Shown here: positions 11,516 through 25,484 of the stretch, piece after piece
How positions within the stretch are numbered: the stretch's first letter is position 1
Layout of the letters: each line of letters begins with the position of its first letter
Source: Octopus sinensis
Lineage: Eukaryota
NCBI RefSeq assembly: GCF_006345805.1
Contig: NC_042997.1
Coordinates: forward strand, 202,368,001 to 202,432,000
Direction of reading: 5' to 3'
Length of the DNA stretch: 64,000 nucleotides
Notes under the pieces: model-generated
Told to the model about the DNA's origin: nothing
Seen by the model: only the letters and a program-made list of their open reading frames with translations
The model's database searches: none
Made by a program: the position numbers and the translations under genes

Positions 11516-12009
11516 TGCCAAATGTCCTCAAATGCTTCAAAACATCATTGATCATCCTCTGACAATTCTCATGCACAAGCTGATAAATTTTCTCCACATT
11601 TCTGGGGGTGATACTCATGGCTGGTCTTCCAGATTGCTCATCATCTTCCAGGGATGTCCTTCCAGTTTTGAAGTGCCACTTGAAACATTGCGTATGAGCC
11701 AGTGCCTTCTTGCCGTAAACTTGCCGAAGCATACGCAATGTCTCTGTAGCAGACTTCCCAAGTTTAAGGCAAAATTTTGCATTGGCTCTTTATCCCAACT
11801 TCCTCTCCATGACCAACATTGCAGACTACAGAATACATGTGATCACAAAAAACACAAATTTCACAACTTGTGAAATAAACACAGGAATTCCACATGACAC
11901 ACTTACCACATGAAGGTCACTGTTAGTTCTCACTGCACATGCAACCATGTGCTGCCATCTGTTGGTGCGCTACAGAACTAGTTTGGGAACTTTTTGATGC
12001 CACCTTGTA
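11516..12009 (-). mobile_element. Mariner transposon 5' fragment (pseudogenised transposase N-terminus + TIR)
   Basis: MERKLG*RANAKFCLKLGKSATETLRMLRQVYG...GRTSLEDDEQSGRP from ATG at 11810; TIR TA-caaggtggcatcaaaaagttcc ending at 12009. Confidence 0.85.
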
Positions 12010-12927
12010 TTTTTATTGACCCTGAAAGAATGAAAAGCAAAAGTGACCTTGGCAAAATTTGAACTCAGAACACAGAGACAGACAAAATACCACTAAAGCA
12101 TGCTAACAATTCTTATTTCTTTTACTACCCACAAGGGGCTAAACACAGAGGGGACAAACAAGTACAGACAAATGGATTAAGTCAATTATATCTACCCCAA
12201 AAGGATGAAAGGCAAAGTCGACCTCGGCGGAATTTGAACTCAGAACATAGCGGCAGACGAAATACTGCTAAGCATTTCGCCCGGTGTGCTAACAATTCTG
12301 CCAGCTTGCCACCTCAAAACAAAAATTAAAATATAATAATAAATATAACTTTTATTGATGTCGGTGAGAGAGATAAGTAGTTTCAAGAAGTTATCATATT
12401 GTTTATTTTTGAAAGTTTTGTAGCAGAAATATGGCAAATTGAGAATTGTAGACCTTTGATAAGAAAGCAAACATTGTATACATACATTAATTTAATAGTA
12501 TTAGACAAGAAGAAGAAGAAAAGCAAGAAGGATATTAAAATCTATGATTCTTGACTACAAACATTTACTTTGTAGATTTAAATGACACCCAGTATTGACA
12601 ATTTTATAACTTTAAAGTTCCCTGACATAATAATTATTGTAAACAAAATATTCATGTCATTGACATTGTGTAAACATCAAATATAAGTTGAACAAGAAAA
12701 CTTTTGGAAGAGGCCGTTTAAAAGTTTGTTCTTTACTGTTGTTTGTTTGGTTTTTTTAGTGTCTTTAAATATTGCTTTTACATATAACCATGTAATTCTA
12801 AATGTTTAAGGATGTGTGTTTGTATGTGTGTGCATGTATATGTGTGTCTGTACACACACACTCGCATGTGTGTGTATAATATATATATATATACATATAT
12901 ACATACATACATACATATATACATACC

Positions 12928-12969
<42 letters not shown>

Positions 12970-13154
12970 AACATGTATCCATGTTATTCAAAAATTCTAT
13001 TCTCTCACACAGATATATAACATAACATATAACCGTGTAATTCTAAATTTTTACTTCGTGTGTGTGTGTGTGTGTGTGTGAAGGCACATGGTTTTGTGGT
13101 TAGGATATTTGGCTCGTGATCATAAGCTCATGAGTTCAAATTCCAGGGTAGACA

Positions 13155-13604
13155 ATGTATGCAATGGAAGGCTATATGTGTTTCAGCAAGTCTCTGCACT
13201 ACCACATATGGCTCTAGTAACACAGGAATGGATGGCTGAAAATTTTCATGATCACATAACCCCTAACATGTGGCCTCCTAATTCCCCATATCTCAATTCA
13301 TTGGACTATTACCTGTGGTGCGTTGTTGAGAGATAGAGGTCAATGAACATGCCCATAACACCAAAGATTCTTTGGAAGTTGCCATAGTCAGAATAATGTC
13401 CAAAATGAACCAGGGCCACTTGATTCGAGAATGTAGATGATTTAGATTTCATATAGAAGCAGTTATTGAAGTTGAAGGTGGCTTTGTTGAATAACATTAC
13501 AGAAAAGGTTTATTTTTATCTTCATAGCACTGTTTGATAAATAAAGATATTATATATCTGGTTTTTTTATAACCATAAATCTGTCCTCAAATATCTTATG
13601 CACC

Positions 13605-13608
<4 letters not shown>
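13155..13608 (+). mobile_element. Tc1/mariner (probably maT/DD37D-like) 3' fragment
   Basis: YVFQQ(V)SA..H...WPPNSP(Y)LN(S)LDYYLW then ...IEAVIEVEGGFVE*; terminal cttatgcaccccg before TA-rich sequence. Confidence 0.75.
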
Positions 13609-13636
<28 letters not shown>

Positions 13637-14466
13637 TTTACTTGTTTCAATCATTTGACTGCAGCCATGCTGGAGCACTACCTTGAGGGGTTTTAGTCAA
13701 ACAAATCATCCTTAGGTCTTATTCTTTGTAAGCACTTACTCTATCAATTTCTTTTGCTGAACTGCTAAGTTACAGGGATGTAAACACACCAACACTGGTT
13801 GTCGAACAGTGATGGGTGACAAACACACACATAAATATATATACATGTATGTACAATGGGCTTCTTTCAGTTTCCAACTGCCAAATCCACTCACGTGGCT
13901 TTGGGTGGCCCAAGGCTATAGTAGAAGACACTTGTCCAAGGTACCATGCAGTGAGACTGAACTTGGAACCATGTGGTTGGGAAGCAAGCTTCTTACCACA
14001 CAGCCGTGCCTGTGTCTGTGACCTTATGATCATGAGCCGAATATCCTAAATATATATAAATATATAACTGGTACTTCATTGGTAATGAAGTTCTAGTTGA
14101 TCCAATCAATGAAACAGCCTGCTCATGTAATTAACATGCAAGTGGCTGAGCACTCCACAGACCCATGTACCCTTAACTTAGTTCTCAGGGAGATTCAGCA
14201 TGACACAGAATTTGACAAGGTCAGCCCTTTGAAATACAGGAACTATTCATTTTTGCCAGCTGAGTGAACTGGAGCAGTGTGAAATAAAGTGTCTTGCTCA
14301 AGGACACAACATACCACTGGAATTTGAATAACAGCATACCACTTCATTTCCTGAGTAAGCTGAGGGTCTGCCATTATTATTTTCTAAAACAAAGATTATA
14401 CAGAGTTAGCAAAAAATGCAGCAATGATCCAAAAATGGTATGACCTCAAATACCTTACACACTCTG

Positions 14467-14501
<35 letters not shown>

Positions 14502-17500
14502 TCTCACATATGCACATACACCATTCAAAGAATTATTGACTTAATCTAAGAAATTTCCTAATCTGCTCATCAATTATTCACATCTACAGAAATTAGCAAG
14601 AATTGTGGGAACAAAATCTATGATCATACAAAATATAACTCCTGTTTAGTTTTGTTTTTTTTTAGGTTGGAGGTGGGTGGAGCCATTTAGTGAGAATTTA
14701 TTATTTCACTGTGAAGTTCAACAATAGATTTAAAAATCAGTCCTTTTATCAATTCATATCAATAATTATTTTGAAAGTAAAGTGAAAAGAAACTAGAATT
14801 TTCACAGAAAATTTGATCATGTTTTAAACACATCACAAATATTGCCAAAGTTAACAATCGAAAAAGTTGAAATTCACAATCCATCAGTATTTTTGATAAA
14901 TTATGGAAATAAACTTAGCAGAAAATGTGAAAAGACAATTTCATGTAGGTGTGTGTTCTACATTTATATTTAAAACTAAATTCATTGTGAAGGTTTTCTG
15001 CTGATATATATATATATAGTTTAGTATATCATAATGAACAATCTTTTAACAAATTCTCAAGTTTAGATATAATCTTATTTCAAAACATTCATACGTTTGA
15101 GATATGGTTTAATTTGGAAAATAAGCAAAGCTCAGCTTGTTTTTTTGTTGGTGGTAGTGTTTATGACTACAATGACTATATTATCTGCTTGACAGATAAC
15201 ACAAACTTTATAGAGAGAGATATGGAGATATCAGTGTAACCAAAATTAAATAATTATAACAAGTTCTTTCTCTCTCTTTCCTCTTCATCATCATCATCAT
15301 TTTAACATCAGTTTTCCATGCTGGTATGGGTTGGATAGTTTGACAGGAGCTGGCAAGCCAGAGGGCTGCACCAGGCTTCAGTCACCTGTTTTGGCCTGGT
15401 TTCTTCAGCTGGGTGTCCTTCCTAACTCCAACCATTTTTACAGAGTGTACTGAGTGCATTTTTACATGGTGCCAGCATGGGTGCTTTTTTTATGTGGCAC
15501 CAGCATGGGGACTTTTTATGTGATGCCAGTCAGAGTCTGCAAATTTTCTGTGTTAATGTAGTTGGGACAGGTTGTATTGAGTTACATGTGACCAGTAGCA
15601 CTAGGAGTGACTTGATTTATGAGGGCTATATACTCAACTAAAACCCTTAATGCTGGTGCCCCAGCATGGCAGTGAGCCCAAGACAGAAAGCAATAATACG
15701 TAAAGAGAGAAAGAAAAAAGAATTGAAACAGTTTCTCTTTTATTCCATGTTTATAAATTGATTTAACATGTTCTTCCATTAAAATACTACATATTTACTG
15801 ATCTTTATGCTTGACGCTGTTTCAAAAGATTCCTTAATGCTTGGAACAATGGCCTTTATTTATTTACTGTATTTGGTTGCTTGAAAATAGAAAATGACAA
15901 TGTATGTCACAATACATATTGAAATTTCAAAAATAACCTCCTTTTTTCCCCCCCACTGACTTCCATTCTAAACTAAGACATAAATTTTAATGAGAAATGT
16001 TGAATCATGGAAGAGTTTTATTTAATATCTAAAAGCATATTCTTTGTCAAAGGGTTAAGAATAGGGTTTGTTTTGGGGTTTGTGTGTGTGTGCTAAAATT
16101 CTTCAGCGTCCTTTGATTGATAATATATATGTATATATCAACTTCTTGGTTCTTTTATGTTGCTTTTCTAATTAAAGATAGCAACCGTGTTTAGAACTCT
16201 GCAACCATTCACGTATGTCTGTGTGTCCAACTGAATCCATTAAGGTCTTTCTGAAGTCAATTGTTTTCTTTCATCCAAATTTAATTATCCTTTTGTTCAA
16301 GATCGACATAAATACTAGCGATTATGTCATTATATCGAAATAGCACTTCAAGTTTGCAGTCATATAGGTTTCTCAGCGAACATAAGTTGTTTTTATTTTT
16401 ATTTCAATTTGTTTTATTTTACTTCTTGTTTCGCTAACTTTTACAACAAGATTGTTCACAAACAGTTTAAATATATAACACAAAGACACACACATACACA
16501 CACACACACATGCATTCTTAAGATTAATCTCCAGCGCTATTGTGAATTGATCTCCTACGTTCTTTGGTCAATTGTAATTTATGAAGTACATTTAATTCTA
16601 TAGTCAGCTGTTAACAGTTTTTTTTTTCTCTATATTCAAAGATTAACGAATTTATTGGCGAACACAATTCTATATTAAAGTATCTCTGGAGAAAATATAG
16701 TTGTAGTTATTTGTTTATTTTACTTTTTCTTCTCTTTCTCTTATTCACTCTCTCATTTCCATGTGTTTTTTTTAGTATTATTATTATTATTAATTAAGTG
16801 AAAACAGTGTCTTTAGCTTGAATTTCTCAATGGTGGGTGTTAATAGATAGTTGGTCATGCTTCAATGGTCTTTACATTGGATATTCCTTTAGTTTGCTTT
16901 TGAATTATATGGTTCTAGGTTCAATCCTACTGCATAGCATCTCAAGTAGATTTTCTTTAAAAAAATCAAATGGAAATTGTAGTTAAGATACCCGTACCGG
17001 TGACACGTAAAAAGCGCCATCTGACTGGTGTCCATGTCGGTGACACATAGAAACACCAGCCGATTGTGGCCATTTGCCAGCCTGCCCTGGCCACTGTGTC
17101 AGTGGCACGTAAAAAACACCCACTACACTCACGGAGTGGTTGGTGTTAGGAAGGGCATCCAGCTGTAGAAACACTGCCAAATCAGACCAGAGCCTGGTGC
17201 AGCTTCCATGGCTTACCAGAACCCAGTCGAACAGTCCTACCCATGCTAGTATGGAAAACAGACGTTAAATGATGATGATGATGAACCACAGATTATAAAT
17301 CTATGTTTTGTGAGTGAAATTTGGTTGACAGAAACTGCAGGCACCTACTATATAAGAATACACACACACACACACACATATTTTATATCATCATCGTTGT
17401 TTTAACATCCTCCTGTTTGCATGGCTCAGATGGAACTTGTTGAGGTAAATTTTCTATTATCAGATCCTCTCCCTGACGCCAATCCTCACCAGTTTCCAAG

Positions 17501-17759
17501 CAAGGTAATATTCACCCATAGCCAGGCATGTAAGACTAGTTCATAACCATCATGTATCAACACATAGATGCACGCAAACACACACACATGCACACAACAG
17601 GCTACCAAGTTCACTCACAAAACTTTGGTTGGCCCAGGGTTATAAGAGAAGACACTTGCCCAAGGTCCTATACATTGGGATCAGACCCAAAACTATATCG
17701 TTAGAGAGCAAGCTTCTTTACCTTAGAACCATGTGTATGTCTATATAGGTGTGTGTGTG

Positions 17760-17790
<31 letters not shown>

Positions 17791-18815
17791 ATAAAAATCA
17801 TTGGTACTGGTGTCACATAAAAAGCACCCAGTACGCTCTGTATAGCGGCTGAGTTTAAGAAGGGCATCCAGCTGTAGAAACCATGCTAAATCAGATTGCA
17901 GTTTGGTGCAGCTTACCAGTTCTGGTCAACCCATCCAACCTATGCCAGCATGGAAAACAGATGGTGATGTGTGTGTGTGTGTGATAACAGTGAAAGATGC
18001 ACATAGGAATAAGAAAACTGGAAAAGCAATACATTGGAGCAAAAACCCCTTGTGGTATTTATTCCACCAGATTTGCACAGACACTCCCTTATCATTCAAC
18101 CATCAGAAATACTGTGAACAAATGATTGGTTTGTTGCATTTATAGCATTGTTGTTGTTTTTATCTGGAAACCAAAAACCAATTATGCCATTGTTCAGTAA
18201 ATGCTGGATATAAAATTAAAACAAATAATTATAATAGCCATGTATTAAATCATCTTACATTGAAGTCTAGACATTTATTGCTGATAATTTCCAGTATTCG
18301 CTTTTTTTTAAGTATAATTTTTTTTTTTCACTACTGTCTGTACGTTAGCGGTTACTGACATCAGCTTAGAAATAAGGTCTTAAAACTGAACTTAACAGCT
18401 CTGATGTCTTCTTTCACAGCCTGTAATGATCTGTTGGTTATCTTGGTGTCTCAATCAGAGGAATGACAAACCCAAAGCCAGTGACATCCATCTATGCTCT
18501 TCATGTGAAACTGACTGGTTTATATGAGGATCAAGGGAAGCTACTGACTATCATGAAAAACAACTTGAATCACTCAGTAACCTCCCTTAAGCTCTAATTT
18601 CCTCTTCACATGTCTGACACTTCTATGATAAACTTACTAACATGATTTCACAGATGATTGCAAGCAAAAGACACCTGTGGTATGAATGGTACCCTTTAAT
18701 GAACAGAAATGTTGAATAAAAGTAGGAAAAATTACTCCAACAACTTCTAGTTATATAATTTTGGTTTGTCATGTCTTTATATAGGATGTAAATAGCAAAA
18801 TAAGTTCATATAAGC

Positions 18816-18919
18816 TAGACCTGAAGATTGGCAATATAATCGTTTTAATATGGTATTGTATTTAGAGACATTCTATTTCAGCAATATTGTGGAATATGTT
18901 GTGAAACACGCGTAGTCTA
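18816..18919 (+). ncRNA. Type I hammerhead motif with long stem II insertion
   Basis: UAGAC-CUGAAGA-UUGGC...GUUGU-GAAA-CACGCG-UA-GUCUA; both core halves intact, 5-bp stem I. Confidence 0.6.
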
Positions 18920-21445
18920 TATAATGTAAAGTATATGATTTAAAATAAGAATTGAAGGTATTAATTTTGATAATTTGGAATAAGAACTGTAGGTATTAAT
19001 TTTGATAATTTTAATATTTAGGCCTATATGTACCTATTTTGGATAATGTCATTCAATGATGATTGAGTTGCTTGAGGGTGATTCTGTCTCTTAAATCTAT
19101 CTATTTATATGTATATAATACAGTGAGTAATTCATTTTAGTACCACTAAATTGAACTTCACTCCCCTGTGGACTCAGAAATAACTTCCCTAATATTAATA
19201 TATATATATATATAGATAAAAATTTGAGGATGCAATATCCCCATAAGGGACTATTAAAAACAATCCAGATACCAGCTGGGTTTAACCAAATATATTGATA
19301 GAAAGTTCCTCAATATATATGTATAAACAGTTTCATTGACTTTTCAATATATATATATATATATAGAACATAACATTTCAGTGTATTTTCCTTTTAATTT
19401 TTCTCTCCAATTCACCAAGTGGAAAAACATTTTGTTATTGAACCTTTTCAGTATCTGTGTGTGTGCATCTGCATGTATATATTTCTTTATTACTCACAAG
19501 GGGCTAAACATAGAGGGGACAAATAAGGACAGACAAAGGATCGAGTCAATTACATCAACCCCAGTACACAACTGGTACTTAATTTATTGACCCCAAAAGG
19601 ATGAAAGGTAAAGTTGACCTCGGCGGAATTTGAACTCACAATGTAACGGCAGACGAAATACTGCTAATGTTGCCCTGCTCACTTAGCCAGCAGAGTGGCA
19701 TCATTCAAAAGCTAAAACAATGCAAAGCACATTGTGACCAGCGATGTATAACAACATCCAATAGCCTGGTTGACCATGTGAGATACATGTGTGTGTGTAT
19801 GTGTGATGGGCTTCTTCCATTTTCTGTCTCCTAAATTTCACTCACAAGGTGTTGGTCAGCCAATAAATATAGAAGACATCAGCTGATGATGTCCACACAG
19901 AAGTGAACTTCTTGACTGCACACCCCAGCCTGCACCTTAATAGAAGCAAAATCCTAGCTATTACTAAAATGTGTTTAATATTGGAGAAGGGTTAAAAAAA
20001 CCATACATAGAAAAAACCTGGTTGACAGGCCTTTAATCAGAGTTCTTCCAGATAAAGGTTAGTTGACTTAAGATTAAACGTCAACAAGATGGAAGATCTA
20101 AGTGAGCTTATCTTTCACTTTTAGACTGAAATTATTTTTTAAAAAAAGGAAAAGAAAAATCCTATAGAATTGTTATTTAAATTATTGAGCTAAGAACAGA
20201 TTCAGTAAATGATTTTGGTGAATTGTAATCCCAGTTTATCTGATTAGATCTTAAGCAAAATTCCATTTTTAGATTTACTGCTAAATCTAATTCTTTGAAA
20301 AAATCTTGGAGTAGGTTTCTGTCTTTGACAAGATTGCATCAAGACAAATGTTCTTGAATGAATTCTATATTAAGAAATTTGCAAGCTTTGATCTTGCCCT
20401 GATATCATGATAAAAATATACCTAATGTCTCTTACATTTCTTGCAACAAGCTAATGTGGTGTCTCTATGTTGTCTCTTGACTTGCTAGTAATAGCAGCCA
20501 AATCTCCATCAAATCACACTTCACCATCTTAGTAAAGTTGGATAATGTGTATGTGGCTTCACTTCACATGGGAAAAAAGCAGAATGGTCATATCTGAAAT
20601 GTCTTTGAACATAGGTTTGATTTACCTAGGACTAAATAACAGCATCATCATCATCATCATCATCATTTAGCCTCCATTTTCCATGCTGGCATGGGTTGGA
20701 CAGTTTGACAGAAGCTTGCAAGGCCAGGAACCACACCAAGTGCCACAGTCTGCTTTGGCATGGTTTCTACGGCTGGATGCCTTTCTTAACACCAAACACT
20801 TTACAGACTATACTGGGTGCCTTTTTTACATGACACCAGTGCTTTTTACTTGGCACCAACACCAGACAGTAGCAGCAGTAGTAGTATTCAAACTCCATGG
20901 CATTTCTGGTCAAACATGACTATGATCAAAGACTGGTGCCAGTTATGTCCATCCAGTTTTTTTAGGGACATCTAGGATGCTAGATTGTGATTTGAAGGCA
21001 ATTTAGCTGATGTTTCTAGCAAGTCAGGCAAACATTTAGAGGCACCCACAATTCACCCTAGCAACACCATATGTTGCTGCCTCTAATTCTGTTTTATTTT
21101 GTGTGCTGTACATGTCTTTCCCTCTTTCATTGCTCTTTTTTTCGTACTTGAATTAATATGTCTGCTTACTGTCTCATCCTTTAACCTTTTCTGACAAGCT
21201 GTAGTGTGTCTGAGCCTTGTAAATAATAAGCTCATTATTATAATTATTTTATAAAGGTGGCAAGCTGGCAGGATTATTAGCATGCCAAACAAAATTCTTA
21301 AAGCAATTTGTTCCTATTTACATTCTGAGACTTTACCTTTCATCCTTTCGGGGTCGATAAATTAAGTTCCAGTGAAACACTGGGGTCGACGTAATCGACT
21401 CATCCTCTCCCTCAAAAGGGCTGCCCTTGTGGCAAAATTTGAAAC

Positions 21446-21480
<35 letters not shown>

Positions 21481-21791
21481 TATTATTATTATTATAATTA
21501 TTATTATTTTCATGTACACACAACAGATTATACTATTGGGAAAAAAAATCCTAACATCAATTTACAACAAATAACCTTAGATGCCAAGAACTCTCCTAAG
21601 TATCTTAGCTGTCCCAATTAACACCATTTTCTGGAGCTGTACGTAACTGGGTTTTAAGCCTATTTCCTCTATCCATCTGTTCAGATCTTTAGGGATAGTT
21701 CCCTATGCACCTATAACTACTGGGATACAGTTTACCTGCACTTTTCATAGTCTCTGTAATTCAATAGCTTGGTCTATTATTATTATTATTA

Positions 21792-21842
<51 letters not shown>

Positions 21843-22799
21843 TCCATCTTTGCATTCTGAGTTCAAATTCCGACTAGGTCAACTTTGCCTTTCATCCTTT
21901 CAGGGTTGATAAAATAATTACATTTTGAACACTGGGGGGTGGGGTCGATGTAATCGACTAACCCGCTCCCCTAAGCTTGCTGGCCTTGTGCCAAAATTTG
22001 AAACCATTATTATTATTATTATTATTATTAAAAATTTAAATTCTAAATTTAAAATTCCAGGAATGATAAGTTTTGTTGTTTTAAACTCGTGTTTCACTGG
22101 AATAACAGGTGGATTCGACAGTTGGTTGTTGCGGTAAATTAGTATTTATCTATTCAGTCCATCCACAAAATTGTCTGCTAAAATATACTGAAACATTTCT
22201 GACCTTTCATATTATCATTTGTCGAAGAGGCCCCTTGCTATCTGAGATGTTGGGTGTTCTTGACAAATGACAAAGGTCACATGATTAAATTATAAAGCCT
22301 GTTCTTGTAAATGTCTTTTGGGGTTTTTTCCTCCAATCATAAATGTTTTCCCTCTTGGTTCAATGGTTTGTTTATCCTGATGTTCACAAATAATCTAACA
22401 TGATTTCTATAGTTTAAAAATTAAGATTTCATCCAACCCATGCCAGCATGGAGAACAGTCATTAAATGCTGATAAGGGTTTTTCTAATATTGGTTATAAA
22501 TTTTGGCACAAGGCCAGCAACTTTGGAGGAGAGGTTAAGTCAATTACATCAACAGCAGTGCTCAGCTGGTACTTATTTTGTCAACACCAAAATGATGAAA
22601 GGCAAAGTCAACCTCGGCAGAATTTGAACTCAAAACAAAGATGGACGAAATGCTTCTCAGCATTTTGCATGGAATGCTAATTAATGATTCTGTCAATTTA
22701 GCATCTTAATAATAATAATAATAATAATAATTTCTCTGACATTGACACAAGGCCACACTCATTGTTACTTAATGTAGCAGACAAGCACTGGGGTAGCTT

Positions 22800-23215
22800 T
22801 ATTATAATAATCCTTTCTACTAAATGCACAAGGCCTGAAATTTGGGGCAGAGGGGCTAGTCGATTACATCGACCCCAGTATTCCACTGGTACTTAATTTA
22901 TTGACCACGAAAGGATGAAAGGCAAAGTCAACCTCAGTGGAATTTGAACTCAGAATGTAACAACAGATGAAATACTTATTTCTTTACTACCCACAAGGGG
23001 CTAAACACAGAGGGGACAAACAAGGACAGATAAACGGATTAAGTCGATTATATCGACCCCAGTGCGTAACTGGTACTTAATTTATCGTCCGCGAAAGGAT
23101 GAAAGGCAAAGTCGACCTCGGTGGAATTTGAACTCAGAACGTAACGGCAGACGAAATACGGCTAAGCATTTCGCCTGGTGTGTTAACAATTCTGCCAGTT
23201 TGCCACCTTTGCTGC
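22800..23215 (-). mobile_element. Dimeric family 'D' SINE
   Basis: Same full + 5'-truncated structure and junction (gaaatacYtatttctttactacccacaagggg) as 4912-5327. Confidence 0.8.
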
Positions 23216-24237
23216 TTTCTTATAATAATAACCTCTGTAGAAGAAAAGCAAGTTGATCTTGTTGAAATTAGAACTCAGGAAGATGCAAGAATGGCTGTGT
23301 GGTTAATAAATTTGCTTTGCAACCATTTGGTTTTGGATTCAATCCCACTGCATAGCATCTTGGGAAAGTGTCTTCTATTATATTGCCAGTCCAACCAATG
23401 TATGAATGTTTTTGTTTTTTCTCTTATATGTCTACAGGCACAAGAGATATCAAATTTTGAAATATGGCCAGAGCTGTTGTTGGAATGGGGGTGAATTTAT
23501 TTGTTGGTTTCCACCAAATCAGCTACTAAACACCAAAACTTTGGTGTGTTGATTCCTAGAGAAGCAAGACTTTCAAAATATGGTGACTGATACTAGGTAT
23601 TTGTCTAATTGCATGTGTCTGGACAGCTTCCAATCAATTCACATTCTGGATAAACATCATGTCACAAAGTATTTTACTGATGCTCTAATTATTCTCCTAA
23701 TCCACCATTCTATTGATTTTTTTTTTATATTGACAAAAATTAAGAAATCTGCTGGATAGAGTGTATTTGGTTAAATCAACCCCAGCGTCTAACCATTACT
23801 TAATACAAAACAAAAGCCAAATTGGTGCTTGTTGAACATTTTGGTCCAATACTCCTCCATGTCCAATTCAGTTAATTGTTTTTCATTATGTTCTGTACAA
23901 GAGAATATTTACATCTTGTCCGAAAATGTCTGATGAACAATCAAGATATATAATGATGAATTGAAGAAGTTTGTGGTATGGTGGAGAAAACTCCCATTCA
24001 TCTGATCCCCAGTTTGCAGATAGGGGAATAGCTTGTAGATATATAGGTTAGCTGTGAATTCACAATAAGCAGTCCTGGACAAAATCAAGGGTTACCCTTT
24101 GGCAAGGCTTAGCATCTGTTACCCACCTTGGTCACAGTGAAATCCTGGGGCACTGAAATGAGTGGAAATGCTTCTATCATTAGAAAGAAGGATGGTAGTA
24201 GATAATGGAACGCAAAACATAAAATAAAATATTTTGT

Positions 24238-24615
24238 GTAGTAAAGATTGTTTGCCAACATAACATGGTAGTAATGGTTTAGGATGAATGTTGCTGTAAT
24301 TTAGCCCCTGGAGACATTGTCTCCAGCTGGCTATATGACACAATCTGTGTCCTTATATTCTTGAACAAGGGAATCTAGCACCCCACTCAGCTCAAAACAA
24401 TATCTGTATATCATGATTTCTGGGTTATTTCCCTTCATCAGCACAGAATAATTGTTTTGAGCTGAGTGGGGGTGCTAGATTCCCTTGTTCAAAAATATAA
24501 GGACACAGATTGTGTCGTACAGCCAGCTGGAGAAGATGTCTCCTGGGGCTAAATTACAGCAACATTCATCCTAAACCATTACTACCATGTTATGTTGGCA
24601 AACAATCTTTACTAC
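24238..24615. mobile_element. PLE-pLTR-like foldback (164-bp arms) with hammerhead in the 49-nt loop
   Basis: Arms 24238-24401 and 24451-24615; same family as the unfolded copy at about 51075-51328. Confidence 0.8.
24403..24447 (-). ncRNA. Type I hammerhead ribozyme motif
   Basis: UCUGUG-CUGAUGA-A-GGG-AAAUAA-CCC-A-GAAA-UCAUGA-UA-UACAGA; palindromic stem III. Confidence 0.7.
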
Positions 24616-25175
24616 AAAGTACTGTTGCCGAATATCTCTCTTTGTGAGATTTAAAAATAGTAATTTTCTAAAATATTTTGTCTTTAGATCTCTTCCCACT
24701 TTGCAAATCAAATTACACTTTTATGAATCTTGGTCTGGGAAACCCATCAGATTGACTGGCACTGCAATCAACTATAGCATCTGTAACAAGAAATTAGCAA
24801 CCGAAAGACATTTTTCCAAGCAAACTCGACGAGATGATGTTGATGAAAGAAGTTTCATGGTTAATTTCTTTCTGACTCATCCAGCAACCATGCAGTGGCT
24901 CAATTCAGTCTAATGTTCATAATCTTAGCTTATGACATTTATCTTTTACCTTCTCCTTGTTTTCAGTAATTAGACTGTTGCCATACTAGGGCAGTGCCTT
25001 GAAGAATTTTTAGATGACCAAATCAACCCAAGTACTCATTTTTTTAAACCTGGCACTTATTCTATTGGTCTCTTTTGCTGAACTGTTAAGTTATAGGGAT
25101 GTAAATACACCAACACCAACTGGCAGGTGGTGGGTAAGGGACAAATACAGACACAAAAACACACACACACAGCAC

Positions 25176-25215
<40 letters not shown>

Positions 25216-25448
25216 CTGTAAGATCCAAGGATCAAGGTACAGGAAGAAAGTGAGCTTTAAGCAATCTGTAGAAAATATTTAAAAAAACCCACCTTTCAGG
25301 AACTATAATGGTTTATGGTTTATTGGTGCAGAAGGTTGTGAATTTTTCCTGTATCGAAGTATGTATATGTATATATATATATATAGTCACCATGATAGAT
25401 CATTAGCCACTACACACATTTTTTTCTCTCCTTGTTTTTTCTGTGTCC

Positions 25449-25484
25449 CTTTCTGTAGAAGAGCGTAGGCTCAAAACGTAAAAG
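25449..25484 (+). ncRNA. Minimal hammerhead-like motif (A6U, G12A)
   Basis: CUUU-CUGUAGA-A-GAGC-GUAG-GCUC-AAAA-CG-UA-AAAG. Confidence 0.5.
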
